A stretch of 64,000 nt of DNA from an uncultured candidate division Zixibacteria bacterium (GTDB lineage Bacteria > Zixibacteria > MSB-5A5 > GN15 > FEB-12): positions 480,001-544,000 of the forward strand of contig CAWDXE010000007.1 in assembly GCA_963806185.1 (NCBI GenBank). The letters run 5' to 3'. How positions within the stretch are numbered: position 1 is the first letter of the stretch; each line of letters opens with the position of its first letter. Shown here piece by piece: positions 20,995-31,456 of this stretch. The translations under genes were made by a program, and so were the position numbers. The notes below the pieces were generated by a model. That model was not told the DNA's origin. It saw nothing but the letters and a program-made list of their open reading frames with translations, and did not search any database.

Positions 20995-23955
20995 GTGTCG
21001 ACTCAGCGTTGGTTCCACAGCCGGGCTTTACTGGTTGCGATGGCTATCTTGTGTGTGGCTGTCGTAGGGGGGCCGACCTTTGCCACTCCTAACCAACTCT
21101 CTTCCGTGGTCATCAATATTTCTCCTGACCAGATAGTCGGCGAATCGTTCATTGGGACGGTTCGGGTACTTCTGCTCGACGGCGCCGGCGGGCTGGTGAC
21201 CAACTACGACCTGACGGCCAATCCTATTACCCTCCAAGTCTCAGGTGGGACGCTGACGCCCAGCGTCATAAGTGATCAATCCCTGTTCAGCAGCGGCGTG
21301 GTGAGTCTGGAATCGCTCGGGATAACGTTCACCGGGGAATCGGGCCAATACGCAATCACCGCTACCACCGGGTCGATTACCTCGTCGCCGGTGATCGTCG
21401 CTTTTAACGGGTACGACATTCTGGCGGCGTACGATTTTCGCGGGAATACCATCAGTTCGATCTATACCGGACTGCCTACCAAGATCAAGGCGGTGGTACG
21501 CAATTCAGGGACGCAGACAGCATCGGCTCAACCGGAACTTCGGTCGTACTTCACGTCCGGCGGCAGTTCGCTGATCGCCTTCTTTGCACCGGGAAGCAAT
21601 GGCCGTCGCGACACGATCCTGATTAATCTGCCGACCGAGAATCTGACCGCCGGTCCGGACACCATTGTGTTGGAGTTGAAGAGCAAGTACATCATCGGCG
21701 GCACGGAGTACACAACGTACGATTCGCTGCGCGTGCCGGTGGTGGTGCAGGCGGCGGCGACTATGACGATGGTGACCGCGTCGTTCAAACCGGACAGTGT
21801 CTACCGCGACCGGAATTTCAATTTCGGATTCAGCATCGCGGCGAATGGCTTTATCGGACCAATCGATTCAACGGCGTTGGTAATCTCGCTGGCCAACACC
21901 ATCGGCGGGTCGGCGATTGACACGTTCTTTATCGGGTCCGCTTCCCACACCGGCTTTTCCGGCGGGATAATCACGTATGGCAATCTGGTCGGAAATATTG
22001 CGTCGAGCGCGGTTGTGCCGCCCGGACTGTACCGGCTGCTGGTCGACTATCAGTTGATATCCGGGGGTAACATTTTCACGATTACGAATCGCTATCCTGA
22101 TTCTTTGCTGGTACTGGCGTCGGCCAATCTTGGGTACACGGCGGGCACGTTGGATCCTATTGCGGTTGTCTCCGGGCGGGAAGCGACGTTCAGTTTCACG
22201 ATCAACTATATCGGGACGGCGCCGCTTGAGGTTGATCCGGCGTCGACCAGCTTCCAGCTCTCAGGTTCGGAGTTTTCAACGTCGACCTCGCTGGCTATAC
22301 CGGGCAACCTGCTGCAATCCGGGGCGAATGTGGTGGCTACGGAGCAATTGTTCATTCCTTCCGGGCAACTGGGGAACACGCTGAATGCGTCGATGACTTT
22401 CAATTATCGTCAGCCGGGGTCCGGCAACTACTCGACCTTCAGCTCCAACTTCGGAAATCAAACGATCCGGGTCGAGCAAGTGCCGATCGTGCAAGTCATC
22501 AGCACCGACTTGATCTCGCCCAATGCGCCACTGGTGAACACTGGTCAGCATTTCCTGCTTCGGATTCGCATTGCCAATCTGGCGACTTCGCCGGCCGATC
22601 TGTTGCCGATCCGGGTGGTGAGTGATGGGCAATCGGACTTCGATCCGAACTACCTGGTGTCACAAGTTCCGGCAGATGATACGATCACGGTGGACGTCGA
22701 GGTGACGGCGGCGGACCAGCCGGCAGCAGCTGAAGTCTTCCGTGTGGACATAGTGTCGCTGGACGTGGTGCGATTGTCGCCGATCGACAATATTGCACTG
22801 GCGACTATCCAGACGCCGTCGAATGTTGATTTGACGTACCAGTTGCTGGGGACGGTCAGCGGTGTGGTCGAGCGAAACAAGGATTTCAGTCTTCAGGTCA
22901 AACTGACAAATACCGGTCAGGCGGCGATCACCGACGCAGAATTTCAATTGAGTACGTCGGGCTTGCTGGGACTGCCCGAACCGTATATAGACACGATTGT
23001 AGGCGCGGGCACGATGAACATTCCGCTTCGCGCGCCGAATGTAGATACGATTATTCCACTGCATTTTGTACTGAGCAAACGGCCGCTGGATCGCAACATT
23101 GACTCAGCGGCGATCATGGCGGACACGTCGTTTGACCTTACGGTGTATGTGTCATCGGCGACGGGGGATCTGTACATCGAGCCGAGCCTGGTTGCCTCGA
23201 ATCTGCTCCGGCCGAGCGAGGCGAAAGACTTGCTTCAGTTGCGCCTGACCAACCGGGGATCGTCGACCATGGACGGCATCCGGCTGGACACAATTCCCGT
23301 CGTGTTTTCCGATGAGCGAGGTGTGGCGATCGCGCCGTCGAACGTGTTTGATCTTTCGACTTTCGGTTTCTACGATGGGGACGTGCTGGTTTCGAGCTAC
23401 ACGCTGGCCAACGAGATTGTGAATTTTGTCTTCGCGGATGAGACCCTTAATTCCGGAGCATCGCGGGTGCTGACCTTGCGAGGCAGACTTTTGTCACGCC
23501 AGACGAGCGAGTTCCAGTTGCGCATCGGTTTGGACATGGTGCGGGCCACGTATCTGGCCGGTCCGCTGGCAGGGCTGCCGGTGACGGTGGCAATTCCGAA
23601 CCAGGGTCCGGATATCATTTCACAGGTGTATGTTCCCACCGGCGGCACGGAGGGAACGACGCTCGTCATTCGCAATAATCCCTTCAATCCGAATGTGGAA
23701 ACCGCGGAATTTCGCTACCTGCCGCCGTCGAAAGGGGACGCCGAGCTACGAATCTTCACCCTGCTGGGTGAAGAGGTCTATTCCCGACATCTGAGCGAAA
23801 CAGCACTGACGCCGTCGGCGGAGGACCCGTTTGTGCTGATCGAATGGGACGGTCGGAATGGCTCCGGGGAGTTCGTACTCAATGGCGCCTACCTGGTGAC
23901 CATCAGTGCCTCCACCGGCGAAGTGGCGAAGTTGAAAGTGGCGGTGATCAAATGA
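20995..23955 (+). CDS. Large secreted beta-rich (Ig/CARDB-like) protein with FlgD/T9SS-like C-terminal domain
   Basis: Signal peptide; Thr/Ser/Val-rich beta-strand composition; tail NNPFNP..ELRIFTLLGEEV..WDGRNGSGEFVLNGAYLV..KVAVIK. Confidence 0.7.
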   Translation: MSTQRWFHSRALLVAMAILCVAVVGGPTFATPNQLSSVVINISPDQIVGESFIGTVRVLLLDGAGGLVTNYDLTANPITLQVSGGTLTPSVISDQSLFSSGVVSLESLGITFTGESGQYAITATTGSITSSPVIVAFNGYDILAAYDFRGNTISSIYTGLPTKIKAVVRNSGTQTASAQPELRSYFTSGGSSLIAFFAPGSNGRRDTILINLPTENLTAGPDTIVLELKSKYIIGGTEYTTYDSLRVPVVVQAAATMTMVTASFKPDSVYRDRNFNFGFSIAANGFIGPIDSTALVISLANTIGGSAIDTFFIGSASHTGFSGGIITYGNLVGNIASSAVVPPGLYRLLVDYQLISGGNIFTITNRYPDSLLVLASANLGYTAGTLDPIAVVSGREATFSFTINYIGTAPLEVDPASTSFQLSGSEFSTSTSLAIPGNLLQSGANVVATEQLFIPSGQLGNTLNASMTFNYRQPGSGNYSTFSSNFGNQTIRVEQVPIVQVISTDLISPNAPLVNTGQHFLLRIRIANLATSPADLLPIRVVSDGQSDFDPNYLVSQVPADDTITVDVEVTAADQPAAAEVFRVDIVSLDVVRLSPIDNIALATIQTPSNVDLTYQLLGTVSGVVERNKDFSLQVKLTNTGQAAITDAEFQLSTSGLLGLPEPYIDTIVGAGTMNIPLRAPNVDTIIPLHFVLSKRPLDRNIDSAAIMADTSFDLTVYVSSATGDLYIEPSLVASNLLRPSEAKDLLQLRLTNRGSSTMDGIRLDTIPVVFSDERGVAIAPSNVFDLSTFGFYDGDVLVSSYTLANEIVNFVFADETLNSGASRVLTLRGRLLSRQTSEFQLRIGLDMVRATYLAGPLAGLPVTVAIPNQGPDIISQVYVPTGGTEGTTLVIRNNPFNPNVETAEFRYLPPSKGDAELRIFTLLGEEVYSRHLSETALTPSAEDPFVLIEWDGRNGSGEFVLNGAYLVTISASTGEVAKLKVAVIK

Positions 23956-25773
23956 AGCGGTGGCTGCGAACATGTGGCCTGAGTCTGGTGCTGGCCGGTC
24001 TGGTGGTGATGACCGCGTGGGCGGATGACGCCGGGCGAGAATCGCAGTTTACGTTTGGCGCGGGCGCCCGGTCGCTCGGGATGGGCGGGGCGATGACGTC
24101 GCTGTCCGACGAAGGGTCGTCGGTGTACTACAACCCGGCCGGGTTGGCGCGTCTGGAGTGGCAGGAATTGTCGGCGATGCACGCCTCCTTGTTTGAGGGG
24201 ACAATCTGGGATTTTGGTTCGTGGGTGTATCCGATCGGCGACCGGCACGGCCTCGGCGTCAGCTTTATGCGGCTGGGGACAAATGACATTGAACGGCGAG
24301 TGGATTTCAATCCCGGCGGGACATTCGGATACTCGACGTGGCAGTTCACCGTGGCCTACGGGTCGGTCATCACTCGAGGAGTGTCGATAGGGATGGCGCT
24401 GAAGATAGTCAGTCAGGAGCTTGATCAATATTCGGATTATGCCGTCGGCGGCGATATCGGGGTTCAGTGGCGGGTCTACAAGAGTCTGGGTGTCGGTGCC
24501 ATAGCGCGGGACGTCGTGTCGCCACGACTCAAGATGAATGTCACATCGGAGCGGACGCCGGTGTCGATTGTCAGCGGGGTGTCGCTTAATCGAGCTCGCC
24601 TGAGCGGAACCATAGCCCTTTCGCTGGCGACAGACGTGGTAGCGTATGAAGATCGCGATCCGCAGGTGCAGGCGGGCGCGGAGCTCCTGTTCGCGGGGCA
24701 GTACGCGTTGCGGGGCGGCTACGACCGTGAACAACTAACACTCGGGGCCGGACTTCGTCGCGGACGAATGAGCATCGACTACGCGTTTAAGCAGATGCCG
24801 GAAGTGCTGGACGACGCGCACACGTTCAGCCTGTCGATGCGAGTGGGGAAATCGGTGGCGGAACAGATGCGCATCGCCGATTCGATTCGGAGTGCACCGC
24901 CGCAGTTGACGGCAGAAGAGAAACGAATGCATGGCGCTGCGGGAGAAGGCGAATCGGTTTTTCCACAATTTCGAGCTTGATTCGGCCCTGGTGTATTTCA
25001 ACCAGTTATTCGTCACGGCGCCCGACGACGAGGAGTTGATCGGGACTATCGCGGCGATTGAAAACGCGATCAAGGTACAGCGGGAGCAGGAGACGAAACT
25101 CCGGGCCGCGGAGCAGGAGCGGCAGCAATACCTGAGCAGCTACTATGATCAGGCGACGGCGTTTTACGGCAAGAAGTACTATCGTGCCGCGCTGGACATG
25201 CTGAACCTGATTTTTGACGTCGATCCGGAGAACGTCCGGGCTCATGCGCTGAAGGAAGAGATCGAGGAATCGATGGCGAGTCAGATCGCGCACTACTTTG
25301 AGGTGGCGCATCTGGCCGAGCAGGAAGGTCGCTTCACGGCCGCCATCGACGCATACAACAGCATACTCGAACTGGAGCCGGACAACAGCGTGGCGGCCGG
25401 GGGCAAACGGAAGGCGCTCTCCAGTCTCGATCTGGCCAAACAGCTCAACCAGGCGATTCAGCTATTCAATGAGGGGAAATTCGATGAGGCGGAAGGGCGC
25501 TTCCGGGCGGTGCTGGAGGTCAATCCGAATGAAACGGTGGCCCGCGAATACCTTGGGAGAATAGCGGCAGCGCAGAAGCACACGGCCACGCTGGAAGATC
25601 TACAGGCCGATCGCACCGTGTGGGGATTATATCTTGACGGCATGCGCTATTACCGCGATAAAGAGTATGACAAGGCGATTGAGGTCTGGCAGAAGGTGCT
25701 CGAGGCATACCCGGGGCAGCCGAATACGCTGGAAAACATCGAGCTGGCCCGTCGCCGTCTGAAGTCGCAGTAG
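23952..25773 (+). CDS. PorV/PorQ-like outer-membrane beta-barrel fused to C-terminal TPR repeats (frameshift near 24930)
   Basis: ATGA overlap with the previous gene; GAGARSLGMGGA..SSVYYNPAGLA signature; last strand HTFSLSMRVG; ATG C ATG GCG junction continues into TPRs (AIDAYNSILELEPDN, AIEVWQKVLEAYP). Confidence 0.7.
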
Positions 25774-25807
25774 GTCGTACTATCGACCGGGGTGCACAAT
25801 ATTCGGG

Positions 25808-27857
25808 ATGGGCATGTTTCGTCGAGCAATCAAGGAAATCAACGCTGAATTTGCCGCCGAAGAGCGGTATCTGGACAGCATCCAGCGGGTGGTGCGCGAA
25901 GCGTGCGCGGCGGCCGGGATGCAGCGCAAGATGGTGAGCGCGGTCCTTTTGGCCGTCGAAGAGGGCGCCACCAATATCATCCGACATGCCTATTTGTACG
26001 AGAAGGGGACGATCCGCCTGCGCGTCGTCATCTACAAGAAACTCGTCGCTTTCTCGCTCATCGACTCCGGACGATCGTTTCAGCCGGAGGGGTCCGGCAA
26101 GATCGATCTGGAACACCTGGTGGAGTCGGGGCGTCGGGGCGGACTCGGTTTCTACATGATCCAGAAGATCATGGATCAGGTGGAGTACATCTCAGCGGCC
26201 GGGTTCAACGAATTGCGGATGATCAAGCGTCTCGAGCGCGATATCGCGGGGGTGCCGCCGATGGTACGCCGGACGTTCGGTCTGCGCGTGAAATTCTCGG
26301 TCTGGACATTCTTCATTGTCAGCGTGATCATCGGAGCGGCGTTTTACTATGTGAACAGCCGCACGACCGCGGAAGTGTATCAGCATCTCGACGAGACGGT
26401 GATGGCGCTGGGAAAGACGATTGCCGATCAGGCAGCGGGGTACACGATAAACGGGCGATCGGACGTGGAGTTTGACGATTTGGCGGTGTCGTTTGTGCGG
26501 GCCAATCCGATGCTGACGCTGGTCGTACTGACGGACTCGTTTAACCTGATTACGGCACATTCGAATGATATCAGGAATATTCGCGGCCAGTACCAGCCAC
26601 CGGAATCGGTGCGCGGGGCGCCTATGGGAAGCACGCAGCGGTATGCGATCAGCGGAGTGGAGGTCAATTATCTCTCGCTGCCGATCAAGTCGGGGGAGAA
26701 GGTGCTGGGGGCGGTTCATGTCACCTATTCATCGGCGCCCATCCATCGTCAACTATCCGAAGCCCGCAAGCGGATATTATTGTTCACCGGGTTCCTGCTG
26801 TTGATCGGCGTGGCGGGAATTTACCTGCTGTCGAATTATTTCGTCCGGCCGATTGTCAAGATCACCCAACGGGTACGCAGATTTTCATCGGGTGACTTGG
26901 AGACGGAACTCCCGCTGGAAGGGGCGGATGAGTTTTTCGAGATTGCCAGCGCGCTCAACGACATGATGACGCGTCTTTCGCGGGATCGCCGTAATGTCAT
27001 CGAGCGCGAACGGATGGCCAAGGAGATCGAGTTCGCGTCGCAGATCCAGAAAACCCTTTTACCGGGAACGCTGCCGAAGATCCCGGGTCTGGAAATCGAC
27101 GCCTATTATCGAGCCGCGTCGATGGTTGGCGGCGACTTGTATGACGTGTTCGAAATCCAGCCGGGCCGGTACTGTCTGGTGGTCGCGGACGTTTCGGGCA
27201 AAGGAGTGCCGGCGTCGCTGGTGATGTCGATGCTGAGGACAGTGTTCCAGATTACCGCGAGCAAGTATGCGACGGCGAAAGGGACGCTGGTGGCGGTGAA
27301 CGATTATCTTTCGCGGAATATGCCGCCGGGAATGTTCATCACGGTCATGGCGGGATTCTATGACAGTGCGAACCGCCGGTTCAGTTTTGTCTCGGCGGGG
27401 CACAACCCGATGTTGTATTACACGGCACGGACGAAGGAGGTCACCCGACTGAACCCGGCCGGGATGCCGCTGGGTGTGCCGGTGACACTGGGCAAGGGGT
27501 TCGCGGACGGGTTGGAGGAAGTGACGATCGAAGTGGCCGAGGGGGATGTGTTTATTCTGTATACTGATGGCATCACGGAAGCAACGAATCGTGAGGGCAA
27601 GCAGTATGGCACGGATCGGTTTGCGACGATTCATATCCGATCAGCTTCGGGGCAACGCGGTGACACAATTGTCGGGATTGTCGGAAGCGATTGTGACTGA
27701 GATAGATAATTTTGCCGGGTTTGGACGGCAAAAGGATGATATTACCTACATCATTGGACGAACATCGTCGGTAGTTCAGATAGATTCGGTCGTCGAGGGG
27801 ACGACGGGCAGTGCCGACACAGCGACCGCCACCGGATCGCAAGAATCCGAGGCCTAG
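25808..27857 (+). CDS. Membrane partner-switching regulator: RsbW-like kinase, TM-periplasmic-TM, HAMP, SpoIIE/PP2C phosphatase (frameshift near 27627)
   Basis: LAVEEGATNIIRHAY, DSG-SF-P, GGLGFYMIQKIMD; two TM helices; HAMP RPIVKI..GDLE..DEFFEIASALNDM; VGGDLYD, ADVSGKGVPASL, YTDGITEA; final DDIT lies in the shifted frame ending 27857. Confidence 0.85.
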
Positions 27858-27936
27858 GCAGATTCCCCTTGCCAAGTCCCGCCGCCGGTTTACTTTCCGA
27901 TTAGTGATCAAACTGGTCAACTACGGACACACCTGA

Positions 27937-28614
27937 GTGGACAACATTAAGATATCGCTATCAGAATCAAGTCATGGTCGGGAGATTTCCGAGGTGCGGG
28001 TCGACGGCGTCATAGACACGTTGACGGCCGGTGAATTGGAAGAAGTGATCGACTCGCTTTTGAAGCGGCAGCGATACAATATCGTCATCGACTTGGCCGG
28101 TGTGGACTACATTTCCTCGGCGGGCTGGGGCATTTTCATCTCGCATATCAAAGATGTGCGGGGGCACGGGGGCGACATTAAGCTGGCGAATATGGTGCCG
28201 GATGTGTATGAGATATTCGAGTTGCTCGAATTTGACAACGTTCTCCAGGCCTACACGTCGCTTGATGCGGCGGTGGGGCAGTTCCGTCCTTCCGACGATG
28301 GCGGGCTAAAAAAAAAAGCCGAAGAAGTAACCCGCCTGAGCGTCGTTGAACGCTCCATCGCGGTAGCGGCGCATCCGAGCGCGGTCAGCACGAGTGTGAT
28401 CGGCCCGGGCGGTTTGCCAGTGGACAGTGTGGAGTCGATGATTTTGCACGTGGTCCGTCAAGACCCGTTTGCGACGATTGGAGAAATCAAGCAGGAAATC
28501 AATCGGACTGATGGGGAGTTGCGCGCCGGCTATTGGCAGGTATTTGGTGTGTTGCGCAGGTATAAGTTGCTGCGCCGCAAGGCTCGGTTCCGTTTTGCCT
28601 GGCGCCGCGGATGA
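27937..28614 (+). CDS. STAS anti-anti-sigma factor with C-terminal HTH-like extension
   Basis: VDGVIDTLTA, IVIDLAGVDYISSAGWG (phosphoacceptor Ser), VYEIFELLEF; linker and helical tail ILHVVRQDPFATIGEIK..YWQVFGVLRR. Confidence 0.85.
   Translation: MDNIKISLSESSHGREISEVRVDGVIDTLTAGELEEVIDSLLKRQRYNIVIDLAGVDYISSAGWGIFISHIKDVRGHGGDIKLANMVPDVYEIFELLEFDNVLQAYTSLDAAVGQFRPSDDGGLKKKAEEVTRLSVVERSIAVAAHPSAVSTSVIGPGGLPVDSVESMILHVVRQDPFATIGEIKQEINRTDGELRAGYWQVFGVLRRYKLLRRKARFRFAWRRG
28308..28317 (+). repeat. A10 homopolymer at the STAS domain boundary
   Basis: CTA AAA AAA AAA GCC. Confidence 0.9.
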
Positions 28615-28701
28615 ATCTTTCTTTATCATATCATTCCAACAAGGTATATTATGCGGGTAGGCAGCACGGTTGCTGCTCATAACCTGTAAGGCTTACTGGA
28701 G

Positions 28702-30342
28702 GTGAGCATGGCCGCTCCGAGCTTGACGGTTCTGGTGCTGGTTGCGTTGATCCTTGTGATAGCAGCCATATGGATGTTGCAGCGCCGGGCCAACGAGCTT
28801 TGTCGTCGCACGCTCGAACAATTCCGCAGCAAGGGATGGTCGGCATTGATTGCCGAGGGGAATATCAAGGCGCGCAGTCGTCGTGCCGGGGAAGTCCTGT
28901 GCGAAATTGTGGCCGAGACCTTTCACTGTGAGCGGGTGCTGGCACTTCGCATGCGGCCGGACGGCATGGAGATGCAAGCGGCGGCCGGCGTGGTCATCGA
29001 GAAGCCGGAGACCCTGCGCTTTGTGCCCTCAGAGGGTCTGGTCGATCTACTCGGAACAGGAACATCGATCTTCGACTTGCCGACCTTGAGCAAGTATCTG
29101 CCGCCGCAGACGGTCGTGACGTTGCGCGACGCCGGGTTCCTGCATGGCTGCGGCATCTATTCCGACCGGCGGCTGGATGGCTTTTGTTTCTTCAAGGATC
29201 CATCACCATCTAAACGACGGGCCCTACGGCGGACCATCGTCGATTTAATGCCGCTGACTGCTTTCGTCTGGCAGACGGGGGACAGATTAGGGGCTGGTGA
29301 GGCGACAGAATCAGCCGATGTACCCCAGTCGAAGGAACAGTTGACGACGGCGATGTTCAAGGCAATTCGATTCCGCCACGCCGACACGCTGGTCAAGAAA
29401 CTCGTGACGATGATTCAGAAGCAGATGCAGTTGGAGCGGATGGCGTTTGTTTTTGCATCGAATTCCCAGGTGAGTGACACGCACGTCGTGGCAGAGGGCC
29501 TGCCCATGGCCTTTGAATTGCCGACCGGGTTTTCGTTTTCCCAGGCGTTTGGGCGGGTGGCCGGGCTGCGTCCGTTTGAGCCGATCGAAGCCACGGAGCG
29601 GGGAGAGGTGCCGTCGGCCATTCAACATCGACTTGAGTCATGCGGCCTGGCGCACGTGACGCCGATTCCGCTGTCGTCGCGTCGGATGGGCATCATGGCC
29701 TGGTCAGACGGCCGGAAGGTTGATGAGGTTGCAAAACACATCGAGGCGCTCTATCAACCGGTTTGCGAACTGGTGGAGAATGCGGAGGCGTTCGAAATCC
29801 TACAGGAGTTATCGTACACTGACCCGCTGACCGGGCTGGCGAACCAACGGTATTTCCAGCGTCGCTTGCGCGAGGAACTGACGCGGGCGGGGCGGTACCG
29901 ACGATCGCTGGCTTTCATACTGATCGACCTGGATGATCTCAAAGTGATCAATGACAGCCATGGGCACCAGGCCGGGGATGACGTATTGCGCCGCATGGGG
30001 GCTATTTTGAAGGATTCGGTCCGGAGTATCGATGTCGTGGTACGGTATGGCGGCGATGAGTTCGGGATTATCATGCCGGAGACTACGGAAGCCGATTGTG
30101 AGCGCTTCATGGTTCGGCTGCAGAAGGCATTTTCCACGGAACACATATTAGCTGGACCCCGGCAGGAACGAATCACGTATCAGATGTCGATGGGTGGCGC
30201 CATTTTCCCTCATCACGGGACCAAAAGCGAGCAGCTGGTTTTTGCCGCCGATATGGCGCTTCTCAAAGCCAAAGACACTGGTCGGAACACGTGGCGGCTG
30301 TTCTCACCGGAGTTGCTCAACGCCCCCGAGGCGCGGAGCTAA
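28702..30342 (+). CDS. Membrane-anchored diguanylate cyclase
   Basis: N-terminal TM helix; TDPLTGLANQR, DLDDLKVINDSHGHQAGD, RSID I-site, RYGGDEF, ADMALLKAK. Confidence 0.9.
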   Translation: MSMAAPSLTVLVLVALILVIAAIWMLQRRANELCRRTLEQFRSKGWSALIAEGNIKARSRRAGEVLCEIVAETFHCERVLALRMRPDGMEMQAAAGVVIEKPETLRFVPSEGLVDLLGTGTSIFDLPTLSKYLPPQTVVTLRDAGFLHGCGIYSDRRLDGFCFFKDPSPSKRRALRRTIVDLMPLTAFVWQTGDRLGAGEATESADVPQSKEQLTTAMFKAIRFRHADTLVKKLVTMIQKQMQLERMAFVFASNSQVSDTHVVAEGLPMAFELPTGFSFSQAFGRVAGLRPFEPIEATERGEVPSAIQHRLESCGLAHVTPIPLSSRRMGIMAWSDGRKVDEVAKHIEALYQPVCELVENAEAFEILQELSYTDPLTGLANQRYFQRRLREELTRAGRYRRSLAFILIDLDDLKVINDSHGHQAGDDVLRRMGAILKDSVRSIDVVVRYGGDEFGIIMPETTEADCERFMVRLQKAFSTEHILAGPRQERITYQMSMGGAIFPHHGTKSEQLVFAADMALLKAKDTGRNTWRLFSPELLNAPEARS

Positions 30343-30437
30343 GTTTTTAATCTTTACAGGGTTGCGGGGCTGAAAGTATATTTGGCCTCTTAACTGAGAT
30401 CCCAAAACTGCCGATGTCAATGACAAGGAAGCTCGAT

Positions 30438-31403
30438 ATGAAGAAGTTGGTTACCAATCTCTGGCTGGCGCTGTTTTTCCTCCTTTCGGCAGGCACGCTG
30501 TCGGTGACGGCTGAGGAGTACCAGTTCGGTCCGGAAGACATTCTTTCGGTCAGTTTCTGGCAGGATCCCAAGCTGAATGCGCAGGTGCGCGTGGCCCAGG
30601 ACGGTACAATTACGCTGGACATTATCGGATCGATCGTAGCCGCCGGCAAGACGGCCGAGGGACTGCAAGACGACATAGTCCGGGCGATGTCCAGATTGAA
30701 TACGTCCATCTCCCAGGCGGTGGTTCGCGTGGCTGTTTACAACTACAACCACGTGTATGTCACGGGTCAGGTGGGTGCCGCCGGAAAAAAGACATTTGAA
30801 CAGATTCCGGATTTGTGGACGATCATCAATGAGGCGGGCGGACCGGGACCGTTGGGCGACCTGACGCGCGTCACGATTGTTCGCGGCGGCAGCGATGCGG
30901 GCAAGGTGGAAGTGGTAAACGTGGCGGATGCAATCGCCAAGGGCCAGACCGACAAATTGCCGAAAATCCGCCGGCAGGACACGATTGAGATACCGGCGAC
31001 ACCCTCGCAGCTTCCGGCTCAGCAACTGGGTTCGTCAGCAGAGGGGTCCAAGAGCGTGATCTACGTGGTCGGGGCGGTCAATCAGCCCGGACCGAAGGCG
31101 TATGAAGAGGATATCGACTTGCTGGAGTTGCTGGCGTTGTCGGGCGGACCGGCCTCAAATGCCGATCTCGGCAAGACGAAACTGATCACCAAGGATGGTC
31201 CCTACGCACAGACGCTGAAGATTGACCTGAACAAGTATGTAAAGTCCGGTACGCCGGCGCGGTATATCGTGCGCAAGGAAGACACCTTCGTGGTGCCGCA
31301 GAAGAAGTCCGGCATTCTTGGCATAGGTCTGCCGACACTCGGTGCGACACTGGGGATTGCCACGTCGGCTGTACTTCTCATAGACAGGCTGAAGGGAAAC
31401 TGA
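30438..31403 (+). CDS. Polysaccharide export protein (Wza/Poly_export plus SLBB repeats)
   Basis: YQFGPEDILSVSFW, V-QDG-ITL--IG, VYVTGQV, IYVVGAVNQPG; signal peptide. Confidence 0.85.
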   Translation: MKKLVTNLWLALFFLLSAGTLSVTAEEYQFGPEDILSVSFWQDPKLNAQVRVAQDGTITLDIIGSIVAAGKTAEGLQDDIVRAMSRLNTSISQAVVRVAVYNYNHVYVTGQVGAAGKKTFEQIPDLWTIINEAGGPGPLGDLTRVTIVRGGSDAGKVEVVNVADAIAKGQTDKLPKIRRQDTIEIPATPSQLPAQQLGSSAEGSKSVIYVVGAVNQPGPKAYEEDIDLLELLALSGGPASNADLGKTKLITKDGPYAQTLKIDLNKYVKSGTPARYIVRKEDTFVVPQKKSGILGIGLPTLGATLGIATSAVLLIDRLKGN

Positions 31404-31456
31404 ATCAGTTCCGCGGCCCCGGATGGCCGCGTGAAATCAGGTCAGGAGTAAACGAG

